Assembly: GCA_051362555.1 (NCBI GenBank)
Contig: CM120646.1
Coordinates: 20,150,001-20,214,000 of the forward strand
Length of the DNA stretch: 64,000 nt
Direction of reading: 5' to 3'
From: Lingula anatina
Taxonomy: Eukaryota; Animalia; Brachiopoda
Position numbers and translations under genes: made by a program. Under the pieces are notes generated by a model, which was not told where the DNA came from, searched no databases, and was given only the letters and a program-made list of their open reading frames with translations. Every line of letters starts with the position of its first letter. Positions within the stretch are counted from its first letter, which is position 1. Below are positions 1 through 47,345 of the stretch, in pieces.

Positions 1-280
1 ACTAGACCTCCATATGCATGTAGCAAAAATTCATTTTCCTGGAAAGTTTCACCACTTTCTGTCCACATACCAATCATATACCAAGTAACCCAAAACTGTT
101 GTGAAAATTATAATGTTATAATCTGCTTTCGAGTTTCCTTTCACTCTTGTAAGGAAGGTATAAGCTGGTGGATTTCATTTGAGATGGTAAGAGTTAGAAA
201 TTAAGAGGTTGCAAAGGAAGTTATAATTGCTATGCATATATTTTTTAAATCTATAATATCAAATATTATACAGAATATTA

Positions 281-1052
<772 letters not shown>

Positions 1053-1882
1053 GATTTCCTGTGTGTGTGTGTATGTTTTTTTATCTAAAAAAAGAAGTTA
1101 AATATTGCATGGAGTTGAACTAATTGATGTAACATGTCACATACGTACTGCACTAAGCTAGCTCACTTTTTTAAATAAAAAATATATATTACAAATTCAT
1201 GCAGTCATCACAATCAATTGGAATTTTTCATTTGATGTTGACACTCGTACCCTTTGAAATTACCAGCATAATTGTGATATGTGTCATTTCAAACTCATGT
1301 TAAATTGTATTATAGACCATTATAAATGCAGGTCTGTTTGGGAAAAAAACTGTACAAATACATGTACCAGACTTGTCTTCAGTCTACTACTAGTACATGT
1401 ACATCATTATAAAATGCATAATTCATACTCCTTCGTGTTCCAAGTTCAGACCAATTAAGATACCACTAGAGATGTACATACTACCATTAGTATTATTCCT
1501 AAGTAGTATAATTAATTATTTAATAAATATCGAAGTCAGGCAGTATAGTTAGATTTATTACATGCTGCGATGCAGTTGGTAGAAGCATTCCTCTTGGATA
1601 TCACGACGAACATATTGAAATACAGGCTGCATGTGTAGATACGCAAAAGAAAGCTATGCTGATCATTATCGCTGACGACTTCCGCGAGTGTTTACATTTT
1701 TACTGTATGCACATTGAAAGTCACACGTGTCGCTTGCAAAACTTCCCAAATGATTTTGTCATTTCACCATCAACAACACATCGGAGATCGTAGAGTTATA
1801 CGTGAGTCTTGAAAACATTCATTCACCCTCAAAATTACAACAAATGCGAAGAGTGACAAGGATCACAGACGGTCAAACTCAC

Positions 1883-2297
1883 CGCTAATATTACCGTGTT
1901 CTTATCAGTTCTTGTCCTCGCTGGTCTACCAGTCAGCAAAGAGGATCCTTACACACCTCTCATCATACAAATATCATTGGTTTCTCGTGGAAGAGTCCAT
2001 GTTGATAAGTAGGTCAGTGACCTATTTTTCTACATTTTGTGGGTCCCTTAGCACCTGTGATTTGATGTATATTGTCTATATTACCTATTGATTTATATGG
2101 TTCAGCGTACTAAATAATGATAAATTGATATCTTGCAGTGTTCACGACATGATTGTTCAAAATGCATCCCCTATGTTTATCCAAAGTAAACTCGGCACGA
2201 TATAGCCTCAAACCAACTGCGAGTGGTTTTGGTTTGAGAGTATGTTCCGCTTTGCGATATCCAAGGGGAAACCCCGCACTTCCTACAACTATTCAAA
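1883..2297. promoter_or_regulatory. Candidate bidirectional promoter between CBS (non-coding first exon, donor near 1883) and PPP2R1A
   Basis: Minus-strand donor GCG|GTGAGT near 1883 lies about 415 bp from the PPP2R1A ATG at 2298. The region is CpG-richer than the gene bodies. TSS positions are inferred. Confidence 0.5.
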
Positions 2298-12179
<9,882 letters not shown>

Positions 12180-13950
12180 GAAGACCAATGGGTTCAATTC
12201 AATAGACTTTCAACAAACTTAATAATACAGGATTGATATGGAGATTCTCCCCTAGAATTTCATCAAAAAATAGTAGTGAAAGCCTATGATTATTTTAAAG
12301 ATGTCAGTTTGTGCGAGAACTCTGAAATATGCACAGTGAAGAACAAGCCAAAAATTGATGATATTTCCACAATTGAAAAAAAACTTCTGTAGAATTGTAT
12401 CCAGTGCTGATGTACATTGAGGAACAATGCAGTATTGCTTTTATGTTTATTTATGTCTACTGTGAGATCAATGGGGAACGTGACTGTCAGCGACACATCT
12501 TCAGGGGAATTCCTCCTAAGTAAAATATACTGCACAAATGCTGATGATGGTTTGCTATGGAGTAAGAAGACTTCTGGCTAATTGTGTGTGGTGATCAGTG
12601 GTGATCAGTAAAGATTTGAGGAACTATGCCTTTGATGATCCATTTGTATTTAACTGGATCTGTTATTTTTATTACCTGTTGGTACAGGTGTATGAGGCGT
12701 AGATTAAATCTTCCTTTGATTTTTTTGCAAATAAGCCATTTTTGCCGCTAGTTCGATTAACATCCAAGACATGATAACGTTTTTCTATAGATTAAAGATG
12801 TTTACACTATCTGAATTAAAAAAAAAAAAAAAGCCACGTTTCAATGATAATTTTAAAAATCTACATCTACATCTGTCCAAAAAAATGGATCTCTTTTTTT
12901 TTTTTTAAGAAAAGGAAGTTCCCCAAGTAATGGAGCTTACAAGTGCGTAATTGTAAAGTATAAGAATAAATGTATGTACATTATTGCAATTACATATTAT
13001 TGTTGTTATTAATTAATTTCTTTAAATTTATTTTCACTTCATTATTTAGTTATTTATTTGAGCGGTGGGCGTGTTGACTAGGTTTTAGCTGGCATTATTT
13101 TCTTCGGCATAGAACTGCCGCCAAAGGCAGAAGCTTGGGAGTAAAAAATTGGACCTATTCATAAATCAATTGGGAAGGAGTATGTAAAAAAAGTTGCAGG
13201 GGACCACACAAAATAATAACACAAACCCTCAGGAAACGATACCGTTTATTCATGGAAATAATGATTGATTCACCATGTTTCTGTCGAACTGTTCTGAACA
13301 AGTTATTAAACGAAGATGATAATGTTAAGATCTTTGTCAGAAAGAGTGCAGTGCATATATGAGCACCTTTTTATATTAACGATGATGCTTCGTGGTCTAT
13401 AATGATAACTACTTTGGAAATGCCCAACCTGGTTCCGTGTCGGCAACACCGCTATTTCAAGAAATTTTATCATCTTATGTAATGAGCAGTGAGTCTGCAA
13501 ACTACAATTGGTCCACCCAAAGATACAGGTTAAAAAAACAAGAAAAAATGTTACTGGGCCATGGGAAATGATTAGCATTAACAACGTAACTGCTTAAAAT
13601 CTTTAAAAATTGGGAATAGAGGTAGGTTGGCAATTGTGCTCGGTTATAATGCAGATAGGGCCTATACATTTGAAAGTCGGAATGAATTTGTAGTAGTTAC
13701 TGAAGGGCATCTAAATTGTACCGAAACGTAAACTGCAGTTAAAATATCATACAGGTCATGATAAGAAAACAAATGGGAAAACATAGTCCACCGTAGCTTG
13801 AGTATTTCATAAATAACAATTCATATCATGGGTGTATACTAGATGAAGAAATAATCACTCATACAATTGAGCAATTCGTCCAAACTGTTGTTGGCCATGC
13901 GTTTTTGTTCCTAGCCCAGTGGCGCATGCTCTCCTGCAGCTGGCTGGTGG

Positions 13951-14289
13951 TTAACAGCTACTTCTGTCGTAAAATTCGTACTGCTTGTTGAAGGGAGATC
14001 CACCCAGGCACTGCGCCAAGGCCAGGTCACACTGGCAGATCGCAGCGCGGCATGTACCGGAGAAAATGTAGGAAGATGCTGGCACTGAAAGACGTAGATT
14101 TCGTCTGGATTAGTTTGGTGGATGGGGTTTGGTAGGAATGGCTCACTCATGGTCACGCGCACAAACGCATGCACACGTGTTGGCGGTTAACACACACACA
14201 CACACAGAGCAATAAATTTTTGTAGACAAATATCAGTTAACAAACGAACTATAACATTTAAACTGGCTTAATGGGGTTTTATGGATGAC

Positions 14290-14322
<33 letters not shown>

Positions 14323-15236
14323 CCAACTCACCACACTGTGCGGGCGCTCTTGACCCACACCCCGTGTACCGATATGTCCTGAAGTACGGGTCAGTGTCAA
14401 ACGGACATGTCCCCGTGGCCTTAACCTGACCGTAGCAGTTGTCGTGGACCTGGCAACAGCTGAAATATATATATTTCTTTATCGTTCAATTCAAGACCCT
14501 TCTAAGTAACTAACCCTTCTATGTAGACTGGTTAGATTCTCTCTTTTCTTTGTCATTTAACTTATTTCCAAAGAAATAAAATTTCTTTTCTTTTTTTATT
14601 AACTTTGCTTATTTCCAATACATTATTTTTTACTGTCTGCTTCTTCTTCCAAAACCAGAAAAATAATAAAGTTACTACATTAGTATTAGTAGTGACTCTA
14701 CTCGTAAATGTGCCATTTGCATTAATGGAAAATGCTCAATTTTTTAATTCTTTATTATTATTATTATTATTTTGACAAAAGGAAATTGACGAGAAAAAAT
14801 AGCGCGCTTTGCAAAAAGTAAAGTCAAATGCGTGCGTCCCCAGCACAATGTCCATATATCACTAAATCAAATTGACCCGATGTACGGATAAAGGGTTTAA
14901 TCTTGCTAGTATGTATAAGAGAGAAGGCGAGAGAATGTGTGTGTGTGTGGATGTGTGTGTGTGTGGATGCATCAAGGCAGGGGCCCATCAAAGATTGTTT
15001 GAGGGGATGGGGGCTTTTTTTTAGGAATTACAAGCCTCGGATGCGAATCCTACCCTCTCCCCCTTTGGCGTGGAGTTTTGACGTGGTGCCATTTGGTACG
15101 GCTTAGAGCCATGATTCAGCTGGAAAAAAATTCTAATTTCAAGAGGAGACTATTGGTGTGATTTTTTTTCAGAAACCGAGGGGGGGGGGGGGGGGGTCAG
15201 GACCCCCCTGACAACCACCCCAAATCCGCCACTGGT

Positions 15237-15270
<34 letters not shown>

Positions 15271-17373
15271 CAGTAAGAGAGAAGACGTACGCATCAGCGG
15301 CATCTACAGGAATCCCTTTTCCGCCAGGGCCGCAGTAACAGCCGTAGTATATATAGTCCAACTCACTGCGGCCAGTATAACAGGAGATGAGGTTTCCCAG
15401 CTGAAGCAAGTTCCCAAGCCTATGGTGATTGGTGTCGGTGGGAATCTTCAAACCTGGAAAACAAGTTCAAATTTTAACCAGTGAAAGTAATACAAATTAA
15501 ATTTATTTTAATTATGGAGGTAATTTGATGAGTAGCCTTAAACCATTACAGCAGGAGTTGCACAAAGTCGTCCGTACGAATTTCAATAACATGTTCTAAA
15601 ATATGTTGTTTTTTTTTGTATCCATGCTAGCTGAAACTGCAGCAAATGCTTTGAACAAACATCTTTATTTAGAAAAAATAAAACTTCTTTTTTGATCAGT
15701 TATATTATCGTGAATGCAAAGGTAAGCCGTTTCCCACTTCAAAAAGAACCAAGTTTTAAATATATAACTATGTACATACGATATTGTCTATTCAGGCGAA
15801 AAAAAGTGCTCTGCCCATAGCTGGGGTGCTTATAAAAAGACAAGTGAACAAAATGAGACTATTTCCTTCAACCTTTATTGCCTCTCAATGAAGGATAATA
15901 GGACAAAATTATGTAGCTAGGAAACAGTCTAATCTTGTTCACTTGTCTTTTTATACGCTTATAAATGTATATATTGCTTTGACCTAGGACAATTCAAGGT
16001 AGAAAAAAGACAAGGTTTAAAAAAGCAACTTTCGGTTTTAAATAATAGACAGTTTACGTTTAATGTCATGTTTTACCAATTCTAGACGACCTGCCACAAC
16101 TACCATTTTAACCCAAAGTACAAAAAACTTTTGATATTTAGATTGAATTATTCACTTTTGACTTCCCTTCTTTAGTTAGACCAGAGTCCATTATATACAT
16201 TCTTATAACAGTGTAGTTACATTTAGGGTGCTCATTCTAAAGAACTTAACCATCAAGTTTTTTTTTTTAATATCTGATCTAAAGTTTTATAGATTGGGAA
16301 ACTTGGACAAGGCTTACATTTTGAGATTTCTTTTACAGAGAAGTGGATATAAGATAATTTCTAACGAATCATATCATCGTCAATAATGTTGATACAAATC
16401 GTCAAATTGCAGGATTTGAAAGACATTGAGAGTGGTTTAATGTGCCATAGATTACTAGTCTAAATCAAAGACTGTAACTCTGAATGCTATGGAGTAAAGC
16501 CTGGGACAGTCGCCAATTTTAAATTTTGGGTGTACATGTACAACGTATACTGATTATGGTGAATGGCTTACTCAAATATATATATCCCTACCCAGCGCTG
16601 GCTTTCATGAATAAATTGTTTATAATTGATTGAACTAAGTGGCACCCTGAAGCTGCTGCATCACACTTGTAAGGGTGAACTCATTTTAAATTTCACTTTT
16701 TAACAGATATTCAAAATTTCGGGAGCGTTTTGCTGGTAAAAGTATGCTGAGCAAATACAATCGCTTGGTTGGTATCTGAACGATATATAACGTTTTAAAA
16801 TCGACCCGTTCGCAAGACCGCGGGTTGAACTCACCTGCAACGTTACGAAAGGGTTAGGTCAATTCGTGTCGGCTTTGTAGGTTTGAGGTTATTGTTGGAT
16901 ATTGCCGAACCTACGGACGCAGTGTCAGTCCCCCCCCCCCCCCCACCCCCGCCCCTCCTCTTTCTCTCGGTCTTTTGCAAAGTTATATGACAGCATTCTT
17001 TCGTGTTGATAGTGTAAGATGACAGTATGTGGACAAAATCGTCATATTGGAAACGTGATCTTCGTAAGTATTGCTCTCTAACAGCAGGTTATTTAGCTCT
17101 CACACTGAACTCAAACAGTCCATATCACTAAGTATATCACTCGATGTGAATAGGGCCTAAGTAATACACATGGAAGTGGATATAAACCTAATCTCAAGGG
17201 AAGATAAGGCAACTTTCCTCCATTGAACACCCGCTTGCACTCGTCTCAGGCGGGCACGGATGTACCGATGATTGACTCAAGACATAAACTACAACAATCA
17301 TACCTTGCTTCATGTGAACAACAGCACCCAAAGCTACATGGCAGAGTCCCAGTATCACCAAGATAACCGCCAT
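13951..17373 (-). CDS. Secreted phospholipase A2 (group I/II-like), 4 coding exons, about 164 aa
   Basis: Exons 17373-17304 (signal peptide [16 protein letters not shown]), 15453-15291 (Ca2+ loop [11 protein letters not shown]), 14459-14332 (CCQVHDNCY, catalytic His-Asp) and 14084-13951 (ICQCD, ends YDRSSC*). Total 495 nt, in frame. Confidence 0.93.
14977..15234. mobile_element. Degenerate non-autonomous DNA element (MITE-like); related 5' part at about 58407-58512
   Basis: Ends in ...cccc aaatccgccactg. It shares gattgtttgagggg / cctcggatgcgaa / cccctttggcgtgg motifs with the copy at 58407-58512. Confidence 0.5.
15831..15955. mobile_element. Short inverted-repeat element (MITE-like)
   Basis: tataaaaagacaagtgaacaa at the left is the exact reverse complement of ttgttcacttgtctttttata at the right; the inner agactatttcct/aggaaacagtct also pairs. 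Confidence 0.65.
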
Positions 17374-18800
17374 CAGTACCTGATCACTTAGCATGCTGCT
17401 GTCACAAGACTCACTCTCCTGAGTGACGTCGAATAAACATTTCACCTCTTACCTAAGTAAAAGCTTTCTCACGTGACGCTTAGATCAATCTCGCGCACGT
17501 GATTTATGATGGAAACGTACCTGAATGGGGTATTCTTAACCTGTGTACTGCGCCAGTGTTAGCGATGCTTAATAAAGGATCATTTTCAAGGGGCAGAATG
17601 GGCGGGGGGAGGGGGGGGAAAGTTATTTGATCTTAAGGCTTGGTTTTGGGCTGTTATATCAGCATATGTCATAATGTCATAATATATAGAATTTTTTCGT
17701 TCCTGTAGGTCTAAGAGTAGTATATATAGGTTTTTCTATTTTTAAGGGATGACATAAACCCACCACCTAGTTTTACTAAAGGCGCACGCGCGCGCGCGCG
17801 CGCGTGTGTGTATGTGTGTGTGTGTTGGTGGGTGGGTGGGGCCGTACTGCTAACATCCAATTTCAACTTTACATTATCCTTTCATTTAAAGTTTTTAAAT
17901 GCGTTTACCAGTTCACTTTTTCTTAATCATTTGGCTCTGTCCGAAAAATCAATACCGTCTCTCGCCATCTCTGGCCTCTCAGTGTATGACCGTTCAATTC
18001 TCCCCTCCTGGAAATGGTCGAGGTGCCGACCCCCGCCCCCTCCTACCCATTTTGTCCTGTGCCCCCTCCATTCACCCTTTCTTCAAGCACAGCACTGTGC
18101 TCGGTTATAACCTCGTACACCAAACACAATGGTAACATCACACTGATTTTTGTAGTCAGGTAGGCTCTGTATTACAGTTTTCGCAAGTTCACCTCTGCTT
18201 TTTTCCCTGAGCAACCATGCAATCACAGACATCAGCTTTTAAAAGATGAAGTGAAAGAAATACTATTGTTGAAGCTGAACTTATTATGAAAGGGGATGTT
18301 ATATAAGCAAAAATATTCTAATGAAAGAGGTTTTGGTGAAGTTTTTGATATTTTCCCATTGATATCTTAAGTCAGTTTCACTTTTTCCTCACCCAATGAA
18401 TCCATATGCGTTTTGAGACTTACCTATTTTTTAAATTTCGTAGTAATATAATGGTTGAAATTGCAAAACCCACTTTATGTACCACCCCCCAGAATAAATA
18501 AATAAATAAAATAAATAAATGAATAAAATTAAATAAAAGAAAAAAATAGCATGACGTGTCAAATAATGCTGTATAATGGTAACCAACTATACAACAAGGT
18601 TCGATTTATTTCAAATAACATTTCAATGTAAACAATAGAAAAAACATGAACAAGGGGATCAATTCCCTCATTTGTTTAAGAGTCCAATTAAATCGCTAAT
18701 GGATCAAGGGGTTCTTTACGTGAGGGAATTAAGTGGACAAAAAATTGTACAGGGTACAAGGACAGAAGAACTGGTCAAGGGTAGATCTTTACATTAGTAA

Positions 18801-18851
<51 letters not shown>

Positions 18852-19529
18852 CGTTTGCTATATGGGCACTTAAAAAAGGTTTCAAGTAGGCTACATAGGG
18901 CCTATATTTATATCATTAACTTTCTAGAATGCTAGTAAGGCCTATTTATACCGATTCGTAGAAATGTGCTTACAATAAACTGTAAAAAGAGAAAGTTCAG
19001 TGATAAATATGTAAAATATGATTAAGAAATTAAGATAAGGCAAAATGTTGGCAAACTGAAAAAAGAATAAAATTAAACATTTTAATTGCCAGAAATGGTC
19101 TAGGCCCGCATGGAAACATAAAGCTAGAACAACGCCAAGGGGAATTTAACCCCTCTTTAAATTTTGTTTTAATTTCTTCAAAAGCTTAAATATCCTTTCT
19201 TGGAACAGCTAATTTTTTTCACTTGTGGACAAAAATTGTGAACTGAAAAACATATGCATATTTTATGAGAGGTGACGTGAAGAAACCAATGTGGGACAAG
19301 CGAGATATATAAATATAGAAGTGCTTGTTTGAACACTAATGTTTTGCTTTATCCAAGTCGTCCAACTCCCTATTCAACTTATGCAATGTAATATGCACCA
19401 TTGTTTGCAACAAATACCTCAGCCAGAGATCGATCGATTTCTCCCTGCAGTTGCCGTTGACAAAAGGATCTGTTATTATTTGTATGTTGCCATGGACGCA
19501 ATCATGTGACCATTTCTCAAATATTCAAG

Positions 19530-41711
<22,182 letters not shown>

Positions 41712-44700
41712 AAAAAGAATATTACTACTGTCCACTTATACAGGAAAAAACCTTGGACGGAACATGGTATTTTTATGAAGAAATAATGGAACGTAAGAAG
41801 TTCCAAATGAGAGACATATATCAAGGTTGGGATTCCCTAGGAGGTCAAGGTTAATAACCAAAGGTCAAGGTCATTCACAGGCCAACCAGGATGTTTGGTT
41901 GTTAAAAGTTAAAGAGATGATGAAGAGTTTCTATTTATATTATGGTGGGAGATGGATCAATTCAGCCATTCAAGAAAAATGTGCATTAGATACCGAATTT
42001 CTTAGCAACACCAAGGGAAGAGAAGTAGTGATTATCCAGCTCTGTGCTCAAATGCATGTTGTCCGTCCTTATTTTTAATGAAAGTTTCAAAGCAAATAAG
42101 GATATATAGATTTATAAGTATACATGATAATTATTCCAGGGGCCCCTCTGAGCCTGAGACAAAAAAGGCAGAACATGTTCACTGATACTTTTAAATGAGG
42201 ATGTATTGGTTGGAGGAAAATGAAGCATACTATACTTACAAGTATATACAATGTATATATATATATATGAATAATATATATGTGGAGCTATATTACAGTG
42301 TAGAGATCGGCTTATGTAGGGTTATATTACTTCAGGGTCTTAAAGATAGAGCCTTGTATATTGAAACTCATCAGCAATGATGACATGTACTAATATTGTA
42401 GGCCTTTTTGTATTTCTATGGAATGATGATGTTAAATTATTGAAATTATTGGATGAATCTGAAGTAACTGTGTGAGAGAGTGTGTATACAGTTTTGTAAA
42501 TAATAGCATATGTTGTATATGTGAAATACATAAAGGGTAAGTATACTAAGTTTTAGCAGAACGTTTTGAAGGGTGAAGCAAAGTAAAAATATGTAAGTTT
42601 TATCAAGTTCAGTTTGTTGAGGCGATTTGAAGTTATCAATGAGATTAGTTGGTACATTAATTGTAGTACACCCTCTCACATGTAAAGATGTTATGAATTA
42701 TATTTATCTGGAAAAATTCTTATTGGTTATCCAAGATTTTTGAGCAATCATACTCAGCACAGCTTCATGGTGTGTTTGTGCTTGAGGCAATTATAACTGT
42801 GTTTCCCTGTCCTCGTGGCGGGTGTGTAGTTACTGTAGTCATGGTAGCGACTTGGAGCAAGGCAGATGGAACAGTTAGTGACTAATAGCAATACAGGTAC
42901 ACACGTGTAGTTGGCCTCGTTAAGAGTCCAGGGATTACATGGCAAATCTTGCAAGTTTTCATATAATGAAAGGTAAATAGCCAAAGTTAGCCAATTACTG
43001 TGCATAGCGAAAGTGCATACCACGTCTATTGATTAGCCGTCATTTTTATATGGAGTTTTCTTGCAGTTTTTTAACATAGTAGCAAGTTGTAAGCTTTTTT
43101 AACAGGTGTCAATTCTTCAGTCAGATTTGTCTTGTATGACAGTTACTATAGTAGTTTCCTCAATCAACAGTTCAAAGCTTTATTGCTACTCCATTATTCC
43201 ATTGTCTACCAAGAAGAAACTATTATTGCAACTTTGAATGCATCACAGGGCTGATTAAATACTTAACAGTCTCGTTTGAAATCATTGTATTGTAAACGAA
43301 GAAGTGGTTGCATTGCAAGCCGTTTTCTTCTTAATTAACTTTTTGCAGTGCTTTAAGAGTGCGCCTTGTTTTTCAGTGCATTACTGTAATCCAATAACTC
43401 TATTGTTAAAGATGTGGCCAAGTTATGGCGTGAAAAGTTGACCATTTTTTCTGTTCTTCATTGAGACGCTACTCATTCCTCTATTTATTCATTAGTAGAT
43501 TCTTTTTGTATTTTTTGCCGACGGTAAATTCTCATTCCTGTTTATACGAAAATATATTTACATAATGCGAGTGATTTTAAAATTCAACATTTCTAAACAT
43601 TTAGATATTAACAGTATTATGAATGAGAAAGATTACAAATCGTTTTATTCCGTCCTGATATTTAAACAGTCAGATTTTCCCCAGTCATTTATATCCGTCC
43701 CAAATTCTGTACTAGTTTTTAACATCTTTAACTACTTTTTGTTAAGTTTTACACTTATGTTAAATCCATTTAAATGTTTGGTATTCTTTTGCGGATGGGG
43801 AAACCATTATCTTAGTTAGTGATGCGATGTTTCTGCGGCATTGCAAACCTGGAACAAAAGGTTATATTATTATTTACACGATTTATTACTAGTAGACGAG
43901 ACAAGAGGGTAATTTTATTCTGTACGGGCTGCAGAGGGCGACATGCGAGATTTATTGTCCAACAGCCAGTTTATAGCTTGTGGTTTATATTTGGCGACAA
44001 TTGGAAATTGTCCAATAGACTTGAGAAGTGCACGTGATGAGAAATAGATTGCCTGAGTCAAGGTAATTAAGTTGACATTTTGACCAGCTATTGGTCTGGG
44101 ATTTTATCACCAAAGAGCGGCTTTTATTTTCCTCGTAGTTGAACAAGGGGTTTTCTTTCTTGGCAAGGAAAATGTATGAAATGCAGTTAAGTGCGTAAAC
44201 TTTAACAACAAAGTTCCTTTTCACTGTGATTTCCCGCTTTCCAATGGGTGTACTTTTCTTTCTTTTAAACGCGTTAGTGCTGGACGCGGGGATGGTTACG
44301 AAATCATTAGGAAATAACATTTAAATGAGAAGTGGTTGGTGTACACCCTGAGGGTCAGAGATAACTTGAAACGAACCGCATTCGAATTGCTAAAGCAAGG
44401 GTATGCTTAGGTGTAGAGGTTTGTTTCGAGTTCTCTCTAAAGCTCAGGGCGTGCACGTATAGAACCTCGTTCTGAAATCAGTCTGATTAGAGAGTAACGT
44501 GTGCCATCTTTCTGTTATCCACTTTATGGAACTTTTAGTTTTGTGAGTTATATCAAAGTGTAGGTTATTTGGGACATTGTATCATCATGATAATTATTTC
44601 TATAATTGGTTTTTGTTCTATTCTTCGCATTTACAGGATGTACCTGTATGGAGTACTGCTAACGTAACTTGAATCAAAACATGTTGTGGTGATGAAAAAT

Positions 44701-44890
44701 AAAGATGTGGAATACACATAGACTTGGCTTTTCCATATTTTTTTATATTTTCAAATTTTAAAATCTGTTTTATTTATTTTATTTAGTTAAAACTTGATAT
44801 ATGGAAGGTAAAAATATGGTAAATTTAAAATTTATCTTCCCCTTGGCCCTCAAATCCATTATTGTGTGCATTTATTCTTTTGTTTAAACT

Positions 44891-44921
<31 letters not shown>

Positions 44922-46085
44922 AATATTCAAGTCTGTGAGCGACTCCCACAAACTTACATGTATAACGACTTTCTCCCTGGCTGAATAATAAATTTGTTCC
45001 CAAGTAAGAACTATATTCAATCACATTCACATATAGGGAGTTTTCGCATTTTATAATGACACTTTGCTGCTTTGGTAGATATGGGTTTGACAAGGCCTTT
45101 ACGGTATACTTTTTATTTAATTAATGAAATTAAAAAAAAAAAAACGAATGCTGTTGCTAAATTGGCCACCAAGAAATAAATGCAAATATTGTAAAGAAAA
45201 ACGAGAAAGCAAACTCTGGTGCAACAAACGCTAAGACCAGTCGCTTTTTCCCTAATAGACATTTGAAATTTTAAAACACCGAAATAGAAAACTTACAGCT
45301 GACCGGTATATAACCCATGCTCAAACAATACACAACACACGCTTAAACAATATACTACCCATACTTAAACAATACACGACCTGTGCTAAAACAATACACA
45401 AAAGCCACCGCAACTCTGACGGAGGTTTTACATGTCTACTCTCACGCAACGCTGACCGTAACCCCCCTCCCCTCGTCCCCCCTGAATTTTAAAACAAGAT
45501 CCCTGCTCGCTTAGCTCCACGGAAGGGAGATGGTCAAGCTGCCCACGCTCAAAATAAAGAGTACATGAAGCTCAACATGCACCAATAACTGCGATTGTAG
45601 AACTCAAGATTGCGTCTGTGTCCTCCCTTAACCACTTATCAAGAAAACTTTTTAAAGTTTTTGAAAAAAGACTTGTACCGACAGTGGGGTTATTGTTCTT
45701 ATGGCTTGGTAGTGATGAGAGACAATGTTAATCTTTGTCTGCAGTGGCAGCGAAGGTGCGCATATAACATACGATCACCGCTTCTTTCGGGACGTGTCAT
45801 TTGTGAAAATGTCACCAAACCGATAGATGGACAGAGAGACACTATTAAGGAACAGGGTAGTACAATTCATCTCTTTCACCTAATCGCTGGGTCCGACACT
45901 GAGGCTCTGTATGCGCAGAATTTGAAAAGAAACGCAGTTGTATTTGTGAACGGAGGGGAAACTGGTAACAGGGGAGGCGGGGGGGGGGGGGGGGTACAGG
46001 TACAAGTTTGTGAATGTATTATATTAAACGTTGTAAGACATTAATGGCGGAATAATGCATAAAATTCATCATGAGAACTTCAAGT

Positions 46086-46088
<3 letters not shown>

Positions 46089-46175
<87 letters not shown>
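46089..46175. repeat. (TA)n microsatellite
   Basis: Direct reading. Confidence 0.95.
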
Positions 46176-46184
<9 letters not shown>

Positions 46185-47236
46185 TACTAATGACTGATGT
46201 TTCCACGTTTTCAAACCTGGCGGCGATCAAGCAGTGGTGCTAAATATTGTTTATCATGAGGTGACTAATAAATCAACACATGAAGTCAGTGGGAATCAAC
46301 AGCCTAAATTGCAATACGTGTACAAATATAAGTACAGGTAGCTTGCAACACAGCGCTGCGCACCATTTTTTTGCACCTGTCCTGGGTAGTTTTAGTTTAT
46401 TCATTCCCAGTTGAACGTTTTCTATTGTATTGTTTGTATTTTTTTACATTTTATATACATATATTTTATACATATTTTACATATCATCACAGTCACAAAG
46501 TCCATATAAATAAATACGTTAAATTAAATTAACGCCGTGCACAATACCGGGGATTGTAGTCTGACGATAACCGTGCTAATGATACGGCAATGCAACATGG
46601 CTCTGTCCAGACTAGACATTTTAATTCAATCTCTAACCTTGACTGTCTTGACAAGACACGTTTTCCTCCCGATCTGTCTTAAGAGCAATTTATAGTGTGT
46701 AAGGGTCGTTAGGTGCGAGATTGGCGGTGTATTAACATGTCACCTCAGCTCAGGCGACGGTCAGGAAACTTCGAGCAGATATGCACCCTTCACACGTCAA
46801 ATCGCAATATGGCACCTCTTTAGGGGAGGACGTAACCTGAGCGACACAAATGACTCGAGTCAGCGTCTTCACTTTGACATATTCATATTTGTATATCATA
46901 TCCATATATTGTCTGTAATAGTGTCACGCACAACACCCCATTTGTCGTGTCTCATCCTATTCGTTCAGATTCTCTGGTTAAAGGTGAGAATCCCTCCATT
47001 CTGAACGAAGTCACCTCACCAGATCGTGTTGTTACCTCATACGTCAAATATGGTTATCGTATCAACCAGTTTTAAGATAACTCGTTATCTCCCCCCCTCG
47101 CACCTGTACATGTTTTTTTTTCACAGAAAAAGAGGTCGTCTTATTCTAGAATTGGAAATAATCCTTTTCTCAAACAAACGGTTAGTTTGTACGGCTTTTC
47201 GTACATTGGATGATATCCCAAGGCATGCGAAGATTA

Positions 47237-47265
47237 TAAATAAATAAATAAATAAATGAATAAAA

Positions 47266-47312
<47 letters not shown>

Positions 47313-47345
47313 ATTAATTAATTAATTAATAAATAAATAAAATAA
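47237..47345. repeat. (AAAT)n microsatellite
   Basis: Direct reading. Confidence 0.9.

Noticed and set aside
16835-16910. Possible extra PLA2 exon (tag|...GCAG|gtgagt on the minus strand)
   Set aside because: It is 76 nt, shifts frame and has a stop in the required phase; the gene is complete without it.
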